A DNA stretch of 64,000 bases from an uncultured Nitrospiraceae bacterium (GTDB lineage: Bacteria > Nitrospirota > Nitrospiria > Nitrospirales > Nitrospiraceae): the NCBI GenBank assembly GCA_963846575.1, contig CAWJWJ010000002.1, positions 1,472,001-1,536,000 on the forward strand, written 5' to 3'. Below the pieces are notes generated by a model. That model saw nothing but the letters and a program-made list of their open reading frames with translations, did not search any database and was not told the DNA's origin. A program made the position numbers and the translations under genes. Below, in pieces: positions 62,621 through 64,000 of this stretch (within the stretch, counting starts at the first letter, position 1; every line of letters starts with the position of its first letter).

Positions 62621-63643
62621 TGATCGTAACTTAACGAAAGACCGTCAGAGATTCAACCGTTTGATTCGGATGGCTCTCGCCGGAAGGGAATCGCAATCGG
62701 TGTTGCGGGGTACCTGAACAGGATAACGATTGAGGTCTCCGCTACGGTCCGGAGGTGCATTGAACCACCCAATCTCCTCGTGAAAAACCGGCTGATCCAG
62801 GGACTTGTGATTGAGGCGTGGCCATGAGTCTGGGCTGAACCGGAAAGAGAGGTGCCGGCGTAAGCAGGTTGGGGGGGAACCGGGGTTCCGAATGGCGTCA
62901 CAGTTCTTGGTACTGTGCGGGGGGAGGAGTTGATCGTGGAGCGATCCCACCAGCCGGTGAGGTGGTCACCCGTGGATGGACGATTGGCGGCTGAGCAGCA
63001 GAAGGCTGGCCGGAGCCCTACCTCAAGCGAAGACGAGCATCACAGTCATCAATCGCATTGCCGCACCTCCCACACGTGATCTATCAGAGCTGTACTCATA
63101 TTCTACCCCTTCTCGAATCGGCCCTGCATCGTGACGGATTGCGTCTTCCTCAGATCGACAATGCCCTGCAACCCGCGCGGGTGATCGATTCTTCCCGTAT
63201 TGACCGCTTTCCTACCGGAGCGTAGACTCATAAGAAGGACGCAGTACCACCCTAATAGGAGGTGGTCGCATGGTCTCCCGTGGCGAATATGTCAGCCGCT
63301 CCGACCATGCCAGTCTTGTCCAATTTGCCGCCTCCATTTCCCACTCCGGTTCTGCACTTTTCCCGAGTTATTCAAAGAACGCGCATATCGATTGGCCGAG
63401 TATTTCCGTTCGCGCCCGACGCACAGGGCTCGACGTTCGGTTCACCGGATGTGACTCGGTCACGCCGAATAACACTGTCTGGATATGTCACGGCTTTCGC
63501 GGCCCGAATGTACAGGCCAGCACGATAACCGAGGAGGATCTCCCCTATGGCAAGACGGAAGAACGGTTGGATAGCTCAGACGCAGGCGCAACGGCATCAA
63601 GACTGTTTGCCACGCGCCGAACTACCCGAGGAAGGAGAACGCG

Positions 63644-64000
63644 ATGGGACGGAAATATGATCACGTCGATGTCATGACGGCAATTGGATTAGTCGCCACT
63701 TTGTTTGGAGGCTATCTGTTTGTGACGGCCGCCGACGGATTTTGGCAAGCGCCTTCGGTTCCCCCCATGACCGCCATGACGGTAAGCAGTGACCCCTCCG
63801 CTGGGATGGCGTATCTGCAGCCTGTATTGGGGCGAGCCATTCTTGACGAGGTATTGCTCGATCGAGAAGCGGGCGCGGCCGTATCAGCAGCGGCGAGGGA
63901 ATTGAACCGCGCTGTGACTGAGTATCAACGAGTTTCCGCTTCGCTGTTAAGTCCGCTCGTACTGGCAGAGTTGGCAGCGTTCGGGCAGGAAGCCGATCAT
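63644..64000 (+). CDS. Hypothetical membrane-anchored protein (5' part, runs off the window)
   Basis: AAGGAG RBS; MGRKYDHVDVMTAIGLVATLFGGYLF...YLQPVLGRAI; open to the window end. Confidence 0.7.
   Translation, partial: MGRKYDHVDVMTAIGLVATLFGGYLFVTAADGFWQAPSVPPMTAMTVSSDPSAGMAYLQPVLGRAILDEVLLDREAGAAVSAAARELNRAVTEYQRVSASLLSPLVLAELAAFGQEADH

Noticed and set aside
63240..63262. CCTAATAGG resembling the island box
   Set aside because: Arms are in the wrong arrangement, lacking the GG-N6-CC geometry
63590..63620. Sigma-54-like promoter before the last ORF
   Set aside because: GG-N10-GC spacing not met (GT at -12)

Overview
GC-rich bacterial chromosome segment, most likely a Nitrospira (inferred from the protein families, not from a marker gene). 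It has two halves. Left (~1-37.9 kb) is a general-stress/dormancy island: Ku, LigD and bacterial topoisomerase IB; TreZ, glycogen debranching enzyme, DUF72, a HAD-ATPase fusion, Rieske-FAD oxidoreductase, pyruvate oxidase, ASRT, YihY, AI-2E, hemerythrin, BON, YtxH, DUF3309 and Slp lipoproteins; plus an alternative complex III operon (actA-B1-B2-C-DE) that has no actF and is followed by two CydA-like (bd-like) genes. Right (~38.3-64 kb) is housekeeping: ACT protein, rlpA, CNNM, ligA, MoxR pair, trpEGDCFBA, lolD/lolCE, lysS, prfB with its programmed frameshift, and lnt. The strongest unannotated signal is a 20-bp inverted repeat, nnCTAGG-N6-CCTAGnn, found about 11 times in island intergenic regions. 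In 8 cases a TAnnnT -10 hexamer lies 20-21 nt downstream. This points to a single LuxR/NarL-type activator regulon linking DNA repair, osmolyte/glycogen metabolism and a dedicated respiratory module. A 12-Cys mini-ORF heads the ku operon. No rRNA, tRNA, CRISPR array, integrase or transposase was seen.
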